Below, piece after piece: positions 14,201 to 26,751 of a DNA stretch of 64,000 bases (positions are counted from its first letter, which is position 1; every line of letters starts with the position of its first letter). This stretch comes from Eledone cirrhosa (Eukaryota), in contig OZ024742.1 of the NCBI GenBank assembly GCA_964016885.1, positions 90,334,001-90,398,000 of the forward strand. The letters run 5' to 3'. Below the pieces are notes generated by a model that ran no database searches, was not told the origin of the DNA, and saw only the letters and a program-made list of their open reading frames with translations. A program made the translations under genes and the position numbers.

Positions 14201-14404
14201 TTCTATTTCCGGCGAATCCAATTCCCGGTGAGACCATGTTTTTCCAAGTCACAAGGGCAAACATTGTCGGTGGCGGGCATCCATTTGGGAGAGCCATGCT
14301 TCGCCCATGGCCAAATTTATGTTGCCTGTTCTCGCGTAGGGAGCAGGAATGGACATTTTGCTTACACTCCTCAAGGGATGACACCCAATATCGTCTACAA
14401 ATAG
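11293..14404 (+). pseudogene. Helitron Rep (HUH) + Pif1 helicase pseudogene
   Basis: VEWQKRGLPHAY (motif 2), KYICKYVNKG (motif 3), DAPGGNGKT, WDECTM, DFRQ, KSQGQTL, HGQIYVACSRV; many stops and frameshifts; interrupted by a SINE. Confidence 0.92.
12692..12880 (+). mobile_element. tRNA-derived SINE inserted in the Helitron
   Basis: A-box tggcagtatcgg, B-box agttcaaatcc; TSD attatctacaacagggc at 12679-12695 and 12877-12893. Confidence 0.9.
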
Positions 14405-14736
14405 GTGCTATAGATGTTGATGCAGGTGTTGGAGGTGTTGGAGCAATGCCGTCTAGAAAACTATTTCCTGGTAGGGTCACGCTTGGCGGACAGATCTGAC
14501 ACCCAGTGGCATCAGGGCCACCATCTTGCAACTTTGGTCTGCTAAATTCGGTATTGGAAGGTTATTAACCCATCATTGATTGTCCAAAATGCTAATTGGT
14601 TCGTAACTTTTAATAACCGGTTCAACTGCTTTATGTACTTAATTGATAAGCTTATTCGCTTTCAAGACACGTTTACCTGTATGTAACTTTTCATAGGAAA
14701 TGAACAAACCTGAACAACGCCGGGCTAAACTGCTAC

Positions 14737-14769
<33 letters not shown>

Positions 14770-15227
14770 AGCTAGAACGAGAGAGAGTGAGAGAGATATT
14801 TAATCAACTTAAACATCCGTACGTTGTAGCGCCCACAACTGTGTTGGGGAGAACAAAGTTCCTACTTTTCGAGCCAGTTCATCTCATTAACAATCGTATC
14901 ACACCGTCTATTGATTTGTAATTGGCATCTGGGTTGCTCCATTATTCCTAATAATTTGTTTCAGGCATCAGTATTTAAAGTAAGGCTGGGCAAAGGTAGA
15001 AAAAAGGAGAAACTTACTATAATAACGGGTGGAGGGCGGGACTGTGTCTTGTTTATATTTCTTTTATCCGGTTAGTAAAATAAGTTGGATTACTTTGAAT
15101 AAATAATGAATGAATATTATATAATTTATGTACTAAATTTCGTAACTCTTCATTAAACAGAGATCATTTTATTGCTTATTCCATTTTGCTGTAGCGTTAG
15201 GTTCGTTAGTCAGTATGTGTATGTATA

Positions 15228-15410
15228 ATAATTGTTTCTACTTTAGGCACCATGCCAGCAATTACCCAGTACATTACTAGTACTTTATTTTATCGACCCC
15301 GTAAGGATGAAAGGCAAAGTCAACCTCGGCGGGGTTTGAACTCAGATCGTAAAGGGACGTAACTATGCTGGAAAACATGGCGTCCGACCCTCTACCGATA
15401 CTGCCAATCC
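15228..15410 (-). mobile_element. SINE copy
   Basis: Same sequence as 12692-12880; TSD gtataataat at 15223-15232 and 15411-15420. Confidence 0.88.
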
Positions 15411-15630
15411 GTATAATAATGAAAATTATTGTGTACAGCGCTCATGTGCATTATAACTGTTGTTCTTCTTCTTTGATTTTTATAAAATTAGTATCACATA
15501 TCAACTACAACTACAACCACCACCACCATCACCACCGCTTCAACTACCATATATATAGACAGAGCGGGAAAGAAAAAGAGAGACAGATAGATAGAGTGAC
15601 AATGTGACAGGTATATATATATATATATAT

Positions 15631-17560
15631 AGATTATAAAATGACAGGAGGCTGGGCTGGTGTAATTCCTTAAAAGGTTTATTATACTATGATCATTTCA
15701 ATGACCGGTTTCAGTACGAATCCGGTGATATCATCAGGTAATCGAAATATAACAAAGGAATATAATAGACAAAATCCATGGGGCTGAAAATATTTTCAGG
15801 GCTTTTGGGATTCACTTTGGATATTCAGACTCGAACATACACTAGGTAGCACTTGATACCATTCCTACCTTCCATCCTGTATATCTATATGTATAACATT
15901 GCATTCTCCAACCGTGCTATATATTGCCCATTTACTGCACCTTGATCTGTATTTTATTTCTTCTGTATTGTGATTTCTTCTATGTTCTTATATACTTCCT
16001 TTTTACTCCCTACATCACCACCCTAGGTATGACTGTATTTTGTATTTTACTTATGGTATTACTTATGCATTTATTTACTCCCTTTACTCTCATTATATAC
16101 GTATCCTTGTACTCATTAGCACACGACCCTATAATATTGCTCTCTGTACCCTTATATCTGTCTATCTTTATTCACTCCCCCTACCCACCCAGGAATCATA
16201 CTACATATAACCGGACTAACTATAGTCTATTTGCACATTTCATCAGATTTTGGTGTGAATAACTAATAATCGTTTGGTACACGCGATGATCCGACTGATG
16301 TGGCGGCTTTCCCGACTGCACACCAGTCGCTCGGGTCGATCAGCCTTCCTTGAGTGCTTGGAAAAATAAATTTCCCTTTCTTTCGGTAAACGAAAATACT
16401 CGGAACGGCTGCTTCGCCCTGGGGCCCTGTCGGACTTGGAACCCGCCTCGACACCGGTTATTGACTGCCAAACAGTACCTTTAAATTCTAGGCTTAATCA
16501 TAACTTTTAATTTTATCTTGCCTCCTTCTACTAGCACTTAACTAAATCCCCCACCAGTGTGAATCACTAGTAGTCGTTTGTTATATACGATGTCCGGCGG
16601 ACGGTGGCGGACTTCCCGCTGGCACACCCGACGCTTAAGACAGTTAACATTCCTGGGGTGCGCGGAAAAATAAATGTCCATTTCTTTCGCTATACAATAA
16701 TACTCGGAACGGCTAACACACAGTTGGGCCCCGGGCTGGCCGGGGGTCCGCTACGTCGCTAAGCATGGGTTTAATCTTTACTCTGTATTCTACCCTGAAA
16801 CTTTATCGTGACTATCTATAATACACTTAAACTTTTTCATAACAGCCTCTTTCTGTAAATTATTTAAATAAATCTCACAACTTCAAACTTAAACCTTATT
16901 TTTCTAATTTCATCTTAAATGGCATCTTCTAACTCTAAACATAAATTTAACGTTTCTAATTGTTAATCGAAATTTCTGTCCATACATTATACCATGCAGA
17001 CGCCCACTATATATTACTATATATAGTTTTGTTAAGATATATGTTCTTTGATAAAATATTTTTCGCGGCACTTCTAGCACGCATGACCAGCTTGATTGTG
17101 ACCTGACTTCAACGCTGGCCTCTGTCTTTGAAGGGATGGTAGTATTACACTATAAACCTACGCCCCTTCACCAAATAGTCATATGTAGGCTTAATAATGA
17201 CCACACGAGGGCGGCCGACCGGGGTAGAAGCTGGTAAATGTTCGGTCGCCTTCATGTCCCTGATTTTCAGCCTCATGGATTTTGTCTATTATATTCCTCT
17301 GTTATATTTCGATTAGCTGATGATGTCACCGGATTTATTCTGAACCCGGTCATTGAAATGATAATAGTATAATAAACCTTTTAATGAATTACACGAGTCC
17401 AGCCTCTGTAATTTTATAATAATTAACTCCGTACTCGCAACACCAACTACACAAACGAAGACGGGTGAGTTACATTACGTTGAGTGCTCTCCATAATATT
17501 ACATCGAGGTTGACGATACGGAATGACCAGTTCTATCCAGTGGTGAACCAACAAACCTAA
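15631..17560. mobile_element. Non-coding element with ~160-bp inverted repeats, each carrying an HHR-like motif (PLE pLTR-like)
   Basis: 15631-15793 is inverted at 17261-17420; CTGATGA..GAAAC-CG-GTC at 15695-15748(-) and a degenerate copy at 17306-17359(+); bounded by (TA)n. Confidence 0.7.
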
Positions 17561-17674
17561 ATATATATATATATATATATATAATGGAAAAATTTGAACA
17601 GGGACAAAACAGAGAGGCAGTACAACGAATGTTTATTAATTTCACGCTCTGGAGAGTGGGGTGTTGGTGGGGGA

Positions 17675-17706
17675 CGACGTTTCGGGCATAAGCCCTTCCT
17701 CAGGTG
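17675..17706 (-). ncRNA. Minimal (dimer-type) hammerhead-like motif
   Basis: ac-CTGAGGA-a-ggg-cttatg-ccc-GAAAC-GTC-gt; stem I very short. Confidence 0.45.
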
Positions 17707-17793
17707 AGAAGTGTGTGGGAACAGAGTTCAAAGGGTGTGTAGGGAAGTGGTGGAGAGACATATAGCGAAAGGAAACGGTGCGAATGAAAAAAT

Positions 17794-17857
<64 letters not shown>

Positions 17858-18065
17858 GATACCTCTGTATATATATATATACAGAGGTATCCACTGTAAG
17901 TTGTGGGGTCTATTCTGCATGAAGAACTCGATGTAATCCATATGTTGAAAATGTTGTAGGTTAAGATAAATCTCGGAAAACAATAAACCATTAAAAGGAA
18001 AACAGAGTCATGATATAAGTTAAAACAATGAAATAAAAAATCAAGTCATAAGAGATATACTTCCA

Positions 18066-18201
18066 TGCTTTACGATCGTTTCTAGATGATGATAATACAT
18101 TGTAGCTATACTCAGTAATTGATCTATGTAAGGTTATTTACAAACTATCAGATAAAGAGAATATTTACTTACATGCATATCACCAGCTGTTTTCAAAAGC
18201 A
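18066..18201 (-). ncRNA. Hammerhead motif, U3-A8 core variant, ~107-nt domain II
   Basis: tgctt-TTGAAAA-(long)-GAAAC-GATC-GTA-aagca. Confidence 0.55.
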
Positions 18202-18364
18202 ATAATAATTTTATTCAATAATGATTTTATTCAGAATTAGTAGTATGTTAGTATCATGTCCTTATTTGGAGTTAGTTGAAGAACTAACGAATCAAATTGT
18301 TTTTTCATATGGTGTTAAGATGAAAAGTAATATACTTTAGTTGAAGAAAAGTAATATACTTTAG

Positions 18365-19214
18365 TTGATGTCAAAAGTAATATACTTTATTGGACAAATC
18401 CCCAAAAAATTCTTTGAAATTCTACATAAACATTTTCCACCAAACCACAGATACCACCAAATATTTAACAAATATACTGTTAAATTCTCATACTCTACAT
18501 CAAGCAATCTCAAACAAAAAATAAGCAACTACAACATTTATAAACTTTAAAATAATATGAGTACACCACCGCAGCATAAAAAGGCAAATAATACAATCCT
18601 TCAACCTAGAAAACACAACCACCCAAATCACCAAAACATAAACAACAAAACACAAAATCACAATACAACCCTAATACCAAACCACCCACAAAGCAACCTT
18701 CATTCTCCTGTTATCATTAATTACAATAGAAATAGCTAAAGGATTAAGGAGAATAATATAGGCACCCCTAATAACCATCTTACGTATGGCTGTAATTGCA
18801 GAAATAGAAGCATTTGCCTTAAATGGAAACTGTTTGATTGATAATGTAAGATATAAATGCACTGTGTCTACTACAGACTCCAACAAAACATATATAGGAT
18901 CTACATCAAACACATTTATAAAAAGATTTTACGCACACTCTAGTAGTTTCAACAATACTAAACTAGCTAACACCACATCTTTAGCTGAAGCGGTAAATAA
19001 TTATAAAAAGAAAAAATTAGATTTCAAGTTATCGTGGGACACCAATCTAGAAAGAACTCCATATCTTGGGAACAGGAGGGAATGCAGATTATGTTCAGGG
19101 GATATCTTGGAAATTACTAAATCTAAGGACGATTTATTAAATAAAAGACAGGAATTGATCATAGTTTGTAATCACCGTATACGAAAAACATTTAAATACT
19201 ATAAACCTAATTAA
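18365..19214 (+). pseudogene. PLE C-terminal linker + GIY-YIG endonuclease fragment
   Basis: HFPPNHRYHQIFN, NGNCL..VRYKC, YIGST..F.KRF..H..SF, CRLC, LLNKRQEL..CNH; homologous to 39161..40340. Confidence 0.8.
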
Positions 19215-19743
19215 ATATTCTAAATAACAACTCACTATAATTCCATATAGAGTAACATGTATTAGTACCTCTTTCCCCTAATTATATGCATTCATGCTTA
19301 GCTTTTGCCTTTTAATGTTTTAGCTTCCTTAGATTTATGCGTTAATGACTAATGGCAACAAGATACACAACCACCCGTAATTGCATGAGTAAATATATAT
19401 CTATGTATGATATGGAAATATATTTATGTGTGGGAATGTATATATATGTATATGTTTGTATATGTATTTATGTATGTGTATATGTGTATATATATATACT
19501 TGTATATTTGTGTATGTATGTATGTGTATGTACGTATATATATATACATGTGTGAATATATATATATATGTATATATATATGTGTGTGTTTGTATGTGTG
19601 TATGTGTGAGTATAGGTGTATGAGTGTTTACGTGTGAGTATGTGCACATGTATGAGGAGTGTACATATACTCACACATGTATATATGTATATATATATGT
19701 GTATGGGTGGGTGTGTCTATGTTTATATATGTGTATGTATATG

Positions 19744-19784
<41 letters not shown>

Positions 19785-19910
19785 ATACTTTGGGAGGGTC
19801 ATGTTGCCAATAAGAAACACACGCACCAGTTGCTTTCACTTCAATTTATTATATATTTATAAATTTCTGGTTGGTTGGTTGGTTCCACAACCAGATAGTT
19901 GTTTATATAT

Positions 19911-19955
19911 AGTCATAGTTCTTTCGTCACACACTCTGTGACCTCTTCAGGGACT
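19911..19955 (-). ncRNA. Minimal HHR in PLE 3' pLTR
   Basis: agtcc-CTGAAGA-g-gtcac..gtgac-GAAAG-aa-CTA-tgact (one stem I mismatch relative to the 46640 copy). Confidence 0.7.
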
Positions 19956-20155
19956 GGGGATTCCTTTCTTTGTTTCTGTGCCTCTCCTTTGTTCTGTCCA
20001 ACGCCATTTTGTTTCTGTGTGTGTGTTGTGTACTCAGTCTGCGCATGCGCCACATCCGGGTGTCTGTGTGTGTTTATGTTCATTTATCTATTTGTTTATT
20101 TACATGTTACTGGTTGGTTGTTTGTTCTATGTGTGTGTGTGTTTTCATTTTGTCC

Positions 20156-22663
20156 TTAATTGTAAGTTGTGATGTTGCTGTTCCACTCATATTTTCTATT
20201 TAATTTTGGTTGTAATTCTTTTATGTTTATTGCGTCTGTAATTTGTCTAATCATTGCGTCTTTTCTGTGTGTAGATTCTATTTTTATTTCTATGTGCTCT
20301 AATTTACCCTTGTGTTCTATCTTGGCATGTTGGTAGAGTACAGATGATTCTTTATTATCTTGAAGGTCTCGCCAGTGTTCATTTATCCGTTCCCGTACAC
20401 TACGAGCTGTCTCACCTATGTACACTATATTTTTGTCTCTACGTTGTCCTTCAGTACATCTTATGCTATACACTACATTTCTAGTTTTACAGTTAATATG
20501 GGGGCTTATTTTACAGGTTACACATTTCTTGTCTATACATGAGGGTCTTTGAAAAGGGTATATCTTGCTAATAAGTGTTTTTACGGAGGTACCTGGTCTT
20601 TCTACTATCTTAATATTGAGTTTATGTTTATTTAGGGCCCTTCTAAATTTGTAAGCTAGTTCACCTCTAGGGGTTGTATCGATGAACATTACACTCTGGT
20701 ATTTATTGCTATCATACCATGAGTTTATTCTATTAGCCTTGTTCCTAGTTCTTTCTATTCTATTCCAAAATTTGCTCCTATACAAGGGGCAGGTCCCATT
20801 TATGTCATTATTTACCATTTTTTCCCATTTGGTTCTGGCTCCTCTATACAATCTGATTCTATCTCTCTGATTGTAGCCAGAGAACTGCATACGCTGGATG
20901 AAGTGTTGTATGTGTCTCTCTAGTTCTTCGGGGTTGCACATGCGGGACACATTTCTCATCACCCGTACCAAATGCGCAATCAGTATGTTGATTTTGGTAT
21001 GGTCCGAAATGGCCGAGTTTCGGTGGATCAGATGTTTGGAAGTCATGGGTTTGGCATAATGGGAATGGAGGATTTGTTTTTCGTTGTTAATGGTATCTAA
21101 CCAGAGCTCTGTGTCTAGTACAGGTAATCGATGGTTGGGGTGTTTACTTGGGTAGTGTATAGTAACTCTAATGCTTTGGTGGATGGAGTTTGCTATTTGC
21201 TGGATGCTTTCCATTGTGTTTTTCTCTAGTTCCTGACTGTTCTCTAGTGGGGGTGTCTTAACTACGATGTTTATATCATCTACGTAGCGGGAGTACATTA
21301 TCAGGGTTAAGGGGTCTTCTAATTGTTCTTTAAGTTTAAGTTTAAGTCTACTGTCCCACCATACCATGAATAAGTTAGCTATGTCGCCTGCAATGCTAAC
21401 ACCAATGGCTTCTCCTTCCTCTTGGGCATATGTTTTACCATTAAATTTGAACATATGTTCCTTAAGGGTTAATTTTATGCTGGCCCCTACCGCATGTGCA
21501 ATCATTTTCTTCAGTTCATCGTGGTTTTCGGGTGTCCGTATGGCTCTGGTCCACCCGTTCCATCTATCTGTGTGGGTTTTCTTGGCCATTGAGGTAATGG
21601 TAGGTGGTCTGCCTCTTGCTGGTCTTGTAGGGCACAGGTTGCTAAGGTCATATGTGTCTTGGTAACTATTACTATAGGTTAGCTTAAGTAGGAGTCCCAG
21701 CTCACTGGTATCAATCCCACGGAACACAACCTTGCTCTCACTGATCATTTCTACGCATTTCTCCACAGCAAAATCCACGTCAATAGATGGATACAGGGAC
21801 ACAACATCCATACTGCCTATTATGCAGTTTGTTAGGTCCCCAGATCGGTTACCCACGCCCATTCTGCAGAGGAGGTCCTCCGTGCTGTCACATACATCTG
21901 GGGACATTTCAATGATGGGGCGTATGATCAGGGAGAGGAAGTAGAACAGTCTGTAGTTACTAGCAATGTTAGCTCCACAGACTGGCCGTGTTGGTGGTCC
22001 CGCGACAGGGTCACCGCCCGTTTTATGGTCTTTTCGAAGCCCATACAACGCCGACACGTCATTGTTCCAGGCCTGGAAGTTGTTGGCAGTCCATTTGTTG
22101 GGCTGCATTATATTCGCCAACATCACCATATGGGCATTGAGGGATTTTTCTCTATCCTCATTCTCCTGTGGTGTTACCTCTCTTGTGTTAGTGATGTGGG
22201 GTTGCATTGCCTGGATGTAGATTGGCAGGCTGTCAACCGACATTCTGCCAGACTTGTCTGTTGGAAAGCATGCTATCTCTCCATTACGCGAGCGCTGCAT
22301 GATCTTACGCAAGCCATTTGCATATTTTTCTCCCAGTTGCTGGGCCTCCATTCTATTATGCTTCTTGCTATACTGTTCTATAATATTTCTAAGTTCGGAT
22401 CTAGCTATGCTAAATTGTGCTTCTGTTTGTTCATCGACCTGCGACGGCAATTGCGTGCGTTTGTTAAATGGTAAAGTCGTGGCGTGGACTCGTCGCAGGT
22501 CGAATGATTTATCGGAGGGATTATAAAACGGAGAGTTCCAGGCTGCTGCTTTATGTGTACTAGTGCTATTGTTATTGTTAGTTGTATTGTTTCTATTTCT
22601 ATTTCCACCAACAGCCTCATGGTTGTTTCTATGTCTCTCATAATTACTCCTGTCTCTTTCCAC
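20156..22663 (-). CDS. PLE reverse transcriptase + GIY-YIG endonuclease (835 aa; N-terminus in a frameshifted upstream ORF)
   Basis: DKSG, YGLRKDHK, PTRPV, DVVSLYPSI, QxxGxAIG, RYVDD, LPVLD, CxxxxCxxC, VVYSIRC..YIGETAR..RINEH. Confidence 0.93.
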   Translation of the reverse strand: MERDRSNYERHRNNHEAVGGNRNRNNTTNNNNSTSTHKAAAWNSPFYNPSDKSFDLRRVHATTLPFNKRTQLPSQVDEQTEAQFSIARSELRNIIEQYSKKHNRMEAQQLGEKYANGLRKIMQRSRNGEIACFPTDKSGRMSVDSLPIYIQAMQPHITNTREVTPQENEDREKSLNAHMVMLANIMQPNKWTANNFQAWNNDVSALYGLRKDHKTGGDPVAGPPTRPVCGANIASNYRLFYFLSLIIRPIIEMSPDVCDSTEDLLCRMGVGNRSGDLTNCIIGSMDVVSLYPSIDVDFAVEKCVEMISESKVVFRGIDTSELGLLLKLTYSNSYQDTYDLSNLCPTRPARGRPPTITSMAKKTHTDRWNGWTRAIRTPENHDELKKMIAHAVGASIKLTLKEHMFKFNGKTYAQEEGEAIGVSIAGDIANLFMVWWDSRLKLKLKEQLEDPLTLIMYSRYVDDINIVVKTPPLENSQELEKNTMESIQQIANSIHQSIRVTIHYPSKHPNHRLPVLDTELWLDTINNEKQILHSHYAKPMTSKHLIHRNSAISDHTKINILIAHLVRVMRNVSRMCNPEELERHIQHFIQRMQFSGYNQRDRIRLYRGARTKWEKMVNNDINGTCPLYRSKFWNRIERTRNKANRINSWYDSNKYQSVMFIDTTPRGELAYKFRRALNKHKLNIKIVERPGTSVKTLISKIYPFQRPSCIDKKCVTCKISPHINCKTRNVVYSIRCTEGQRRDKNIVYIGETARSVRERINEHWRDLQDNKESSVLYQHAKIEHKGKLEHIEIKIESTHRKDAMIRQITDAINIKELQPKLNRKYEWNSNITTYN

Positions 22664-22685
22664 TGGCTCATTGTTGTTATCTACC

Positions 22686-23561
22686 CTATTTTGTGTCTGT
22701 GTGTTCGTCTTGGTTATTCTCTTTGTCCTTAGTCTCCTTTCTCCTTTTAATCCTATTACTTTCCCTTATTTTTGTGATTTCTGTGCTACTGTCATTACTT
22801 GTTTTCTGTGTCTGTGTGTTTGTTAAGATTGTGGTGGTGGTGAGAGGCATTGAATGCGTGTGTGTTGTTGTTGTTGATGTGTGCTGTTGTTGATGTGTGT
22901 TGTTGTTGTCTCCGTGTGTGTTATTGTTGTTGTGTGTGTTGTTATTGTTGTTTGTGTCTGCGTGTCTGTTGTTGTTGTTTCTGGGTATGTTGTTATTGTT
23001 GTTGTTGTTGATGTGTGTGTTGTTGTTATTGTTGTTGTTGATGTGTGTGTTGTTGTTATTGTTGTTTGTGTCTGTGTGTATGTTGTTGTTGGGATGTGTG
23101 TTGTATATGTGTGTGCGTATATTGTTGCTTTTGTTTTTGATTTTGTTTTTGTTTTTGTTTTTTATGCTCCAGCGTAGTTTTGTAAATGATTTTTCTATTT
23201 CTGACAGACAACTAATCATATTTACCTTCTTGAATGTCGCAAATTTCGGGGGTAAACATAACACAGACATTTCGTCATTATCTATTCTTGCGTTACCATA
23301 TATATTTGTGTTTTTGTTGTTGAACTCTTCTGTTAATGAGGTGTCGGCCATATTTATACCGTCAATTTTGTCGGGATATCTATTGGTATTCTCTATAGTA
23401 TCCTGATTTAGCTTTATCTGCTTAAGCCACTTTAGTTTCTTGTTAAAGTGCTTATCACACCACTGAATTATTTTTGTATAAGTTCCCTGTGTCCACGCAT
23501 CGCCTGGGAACTTAGCTGAGAATTGACTTCCTGTTGACGAAAGGTATTCTCCATGTTCCAT
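22686..23561 (-). pseudogene. PLE N-terminal domain with Asn/Thr/His low-complexity insert
   Basis: VLCLPPKFA...IEKSFTKLRW resembles the PLE N-terminal LxxGxKF motif; out of frame with the RT ORF. Confidence 0.65.
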
Positions 23562-24722
23562 TCGGAAACCATGTTTATTCCCTTTCAGAAACTAATTAGT
23601 TGGAGTGAAATTTTAGTAAGTAAGTTAATTTTTATAATTTTCTTATTTTACGTCTTTCATATAATTGTCTTGCATCCCCTTGCATTGAACCACAAAGTTA
23701 CTAAGACAAATCCTATATATTTGCTAGCATAGGTATTCATCTGTATATATATATATGTTGGTAGATATACTAATTCTTTATAATTATCTCCAAATTATTT
23801 GTTGAGCAAAAATGTGCCAAAACTGCTACTATAGTTCATAGTAATAGTCCGGATACTGTCTTATTAACACCCCACTCCTCACTGATTAACCTCGATGTCA
23901 CGTGATTGATTCTTTTGAATTTGCCACCAACCAAGTAGGCAGTGATTTTTTCAATGTCTTGGAATTTAGTCCTCGCTTGCTTTTTTCCATTCACTGAATT
24001 ATTTTTGTATAAGTTCCCTGTGTCCACGCATCGCCTGGGAACTTAGCTGAGAATTGACTTCCTGATGACGAAAGGTATTCTCCATGTTCCATTCAGAACC
24101 ATGTTTATTCCCTTTCAGAAACTAATTAGTTGGAGTGAAATTTTAGTAAGTAAGTTAATTTTTATAATTTTCTTATTTTACGTCTTTCATATAATTGTCT
24201 TGCATCCCCTTGCATTGAACCACAAAGTTACTAAGACAAATCCTATATATTTGCTAGCATAGGTATTCATCTGTATATATATATATGTTGGTAGATATAC
24301 TAATTCTTTATAATTATCTCCAAATTATTTGTTGAGCAAAAATGTGCCAAAACTGCTACTATAGTTCATAGTAATAGTCCGGATACTGTCTTATTAACAC
24401 CCCACTCCTCACTGATTAACCTCGATGTCACGTGATTGATTCTTTTGAATTTGCCACCAACCAAGTAGGCAGTGATTTTTTCAATGTCTTGGAATTTAGT
24501 CCTCGCTTGCTTTTTTCCATTCACTGAATTATTTTTGTATAAGTTCCCTGTGTCCACGCATCGCCTGGGAACTTAGCTGAGAATTGACTTCCTGATGACG
24601 AAAGGTATTCTCCATGTTCCATTCAGAACCATGTTTATTCCCTTTCAGAAACTAATTAGTTGGAGTGAAATTTTAGTAAGTAAGTTAATTTTTATAATTT
24701 TCTTATTTTACGTCTTTCATAT
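23461..24722. repeat. 530-bp tandem repeat, ~2.4 near-identical copies
   Basis: cactgaattatttttgtataagttccc at 23461, 23992 and 24522; identical 63-aa ORFs at 23836 and 24366. Confidence 0.92.
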
Positions 24723-25411
24723 ATATATATATGCATGCGTGTAAATGTGTATTTAGACTAGCATCTATTTGTGCGTATGTATATTTTTGGTTAGATATCA
24801 ATTTAACTGTACCTCTCTCTATATATAGTGTGGGTATATGCACTTTGTAATCTATGAAATGTATCTGTTTTAACTATGCCAGCATGTATTTATCTGAGTT
24901 TGATTATTTATGCATTAACCTACCTGATAGTATTATAGAGTGTATCATATTCTATGTTATACTAAATGCAATTCACCACACATTACTATATTGTGTTGGT
25001 TAAGTTGTATTTAATTGCATTACTGTATTTCATTATCTTATTATAATTTTCATCTTTTAATATACTATCTTTCATAGCCATAACCTTAATTTATATTCAC
25101 GTTAAGACTCAATACAACACTAATCACCATTTATTTGACATTCCTTTTAAATTCACTATACCAGATACATTCAACTATCAGTTTGACAATCCCTTTCCTC
25201 CTGATAGATTTTTATACCAAATCTACTATTAATACCCTTCAACGATTCTTTTCAAAGGGTCAGGACTTCAACTAAAGTATATTACTTTTCATATGAACAC
25301 CATATGAAAAAAACAATTTGATTCGTTAGTTCTTCAACAACCTCCAAATAAGGACATGATACTAACATACTACTAATTCTGAATAAAATCATTATTGAAT
25401 AAAATTATTAT

Positions 25412-25547
25412 TGCTTTTGAAAACAGCTGGCAATATGCATGTAAGTAAATATTCTCTTTATCTGATAGTTTGTAAATAACGTTACATAGATCAATTACTG
25501 AGTATAGCTACAATGCATTATCATCATCTAGAAACGATCGTAAAGCA
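25412..25547 (+). ncRNA. Hammerhead motif, U3-A8 core variant, long domain II
   Basis: tgctt-TTGAAAA-(107 nt)-GAAAC-GATC-GTA-aagca. Confidence 0.55.
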
Positions 25548-25601
25548 GTGATGTATATCTCTATTGAGTCGATTTTTTATTTCATTGTTTTAACTTATAT
25601 T

Positions 25602-25705
<104 letters not shown>

Positions 25706-25844
25706 GAAATATCAGTGATGCATCCGAAGGATCTATGGGGAAACACTACGCGATAGAGTGGTGTGTAGTTCGTATGTCACAGAGTCACTCAAGCTAGATC
25801 TAACACTTCTCCGAATTTATGGTTAGAATGTCTTAGGAAAGAAT

Positions 25845-26714
25845 CGTTGGGCAGATTTTATGGAAGTGGTTAAAAAGAAGAGACATTAAAAAAGCTACAG
25901 AAGGAATGCTAATGGCTGCGCAAGAGCAAGCCCTCAGAACGAATTGGGTGAAACACCATATTGACAAAGAGAAGACTATCCCACTGTGTAGGATCTATGT
26001 AGAGAGAGAGGAGACTGTGGCTCACATTGTATCCGAGTGTAAACACCTAGCCAAGACTCATTATAAAGGCTGGAGACATGATGTGATAGACAGGGTGATC
26101 CACTGGCATCTATGCAAAGTAAACAATTTACCACATTCTGAGAAGTGGTATGAGCATAAGCCAGAGTCGGTGATAGAAAACGACCAGATGAAGGTGCTAT
26201 GGAACTTTAGGATACAGACGGACAAGAAATTAGAACACAATAGGCCTGACCTGGTGGTTTTGGACAAGGAAAAAAGGATCGTGCCTTATTATAGATGTAG
26301 CCTACCCATATGACACAAGAGTGCATGAAAAGGAGAGGGAGAAAATTAACCAATACCAGGACTTAAAGTGGGAGGTAAAGAGGATTTGGAACTGCCATGA
26401 AGTCAAAGTGATCCCGATTGTCATAGGCGCACTAGCGACAATCTCAAAATATTTCCAGGGATAGTTAAAGAAAATTGGCCCCTTCACACTTTTTGGAACG
26501 CTTCAAAAGGCATGCTTGCTGGGAACAGCAAGAACCCTCCGATACGTCCTGAATATCTGAGGCTGCAGGTAATGGCTTGATATTCATTTCAACAAACTTT
26601 CCATTTAACTAACATCAATGACTGAGACTCAAAGAGTAATAACAACAATAATAATGATATTCATTTCAACAAACTTTCCAGTTAACTAACATCAATGACA
26701 GAGACTCAAAGAAC

Positions 26715-26750
<36 letters not shown>
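25845..26750 (+). mobile_element. Dong/R4-clade non-LTR retrotransposon 3' fragment (CCHC + RLE), ending in (AAT)n
   Basis: AAQEQALRT, CR..ETVAHIVSEC, RHD, HNRPDLVV, K..YQDL, VIPIVIGAL; duplicated 3' UTR at 26578-26720. Confidence 0.85.

Positions 26751-26751
<1 letters not shown>

Larger units (their letters stand above)
10872..14736 (+). mobile_element. Helitron (internally deleted, degenerate RepHel)
   Basis: 5' A|TCTATATATATAAA; 3' CC..CAACGCCGGG hairpin (14709-14724), then CTAC|T (mutated CTAG). Confidence 0.9.
19779..24722 (-). mobile_element. Near full-length Penelope-like element
   Basis: RT+GIY-YIG ORF, upstream N-terminal ORF, 3' HHR; 3' terminus identical to those at 44077 and 46836; inserted in TA-rich microsatellite. 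Confidence 0.9.
17857..25600 (+). mobile_element. 5'-truncated PLE (GIY-YIG remnant) with inverted pLTRs, interrupted by a second PLE
   Basis: ~18010-18346 is inverted at 25266-25600; GIY-YIG ORF pieces 18365..19214 lie between. Confidence 0.75.

Noticed and set aside
22881-23406. Hydrophobic poly-Leu/Val membrane-protein ORFs
   Set aside because: Antisense reading of the (AAC)n-rich insert in the PLE N-terminal ORF
24062-24082. CTGATGA-C-GAAAG..CTC in the 530-bp repeat as a hammerhead
   Set aside because: No stem II, no stem I pairing, antisense to PLE coding sequence, and mutated (CTGTTGA) in the first copy
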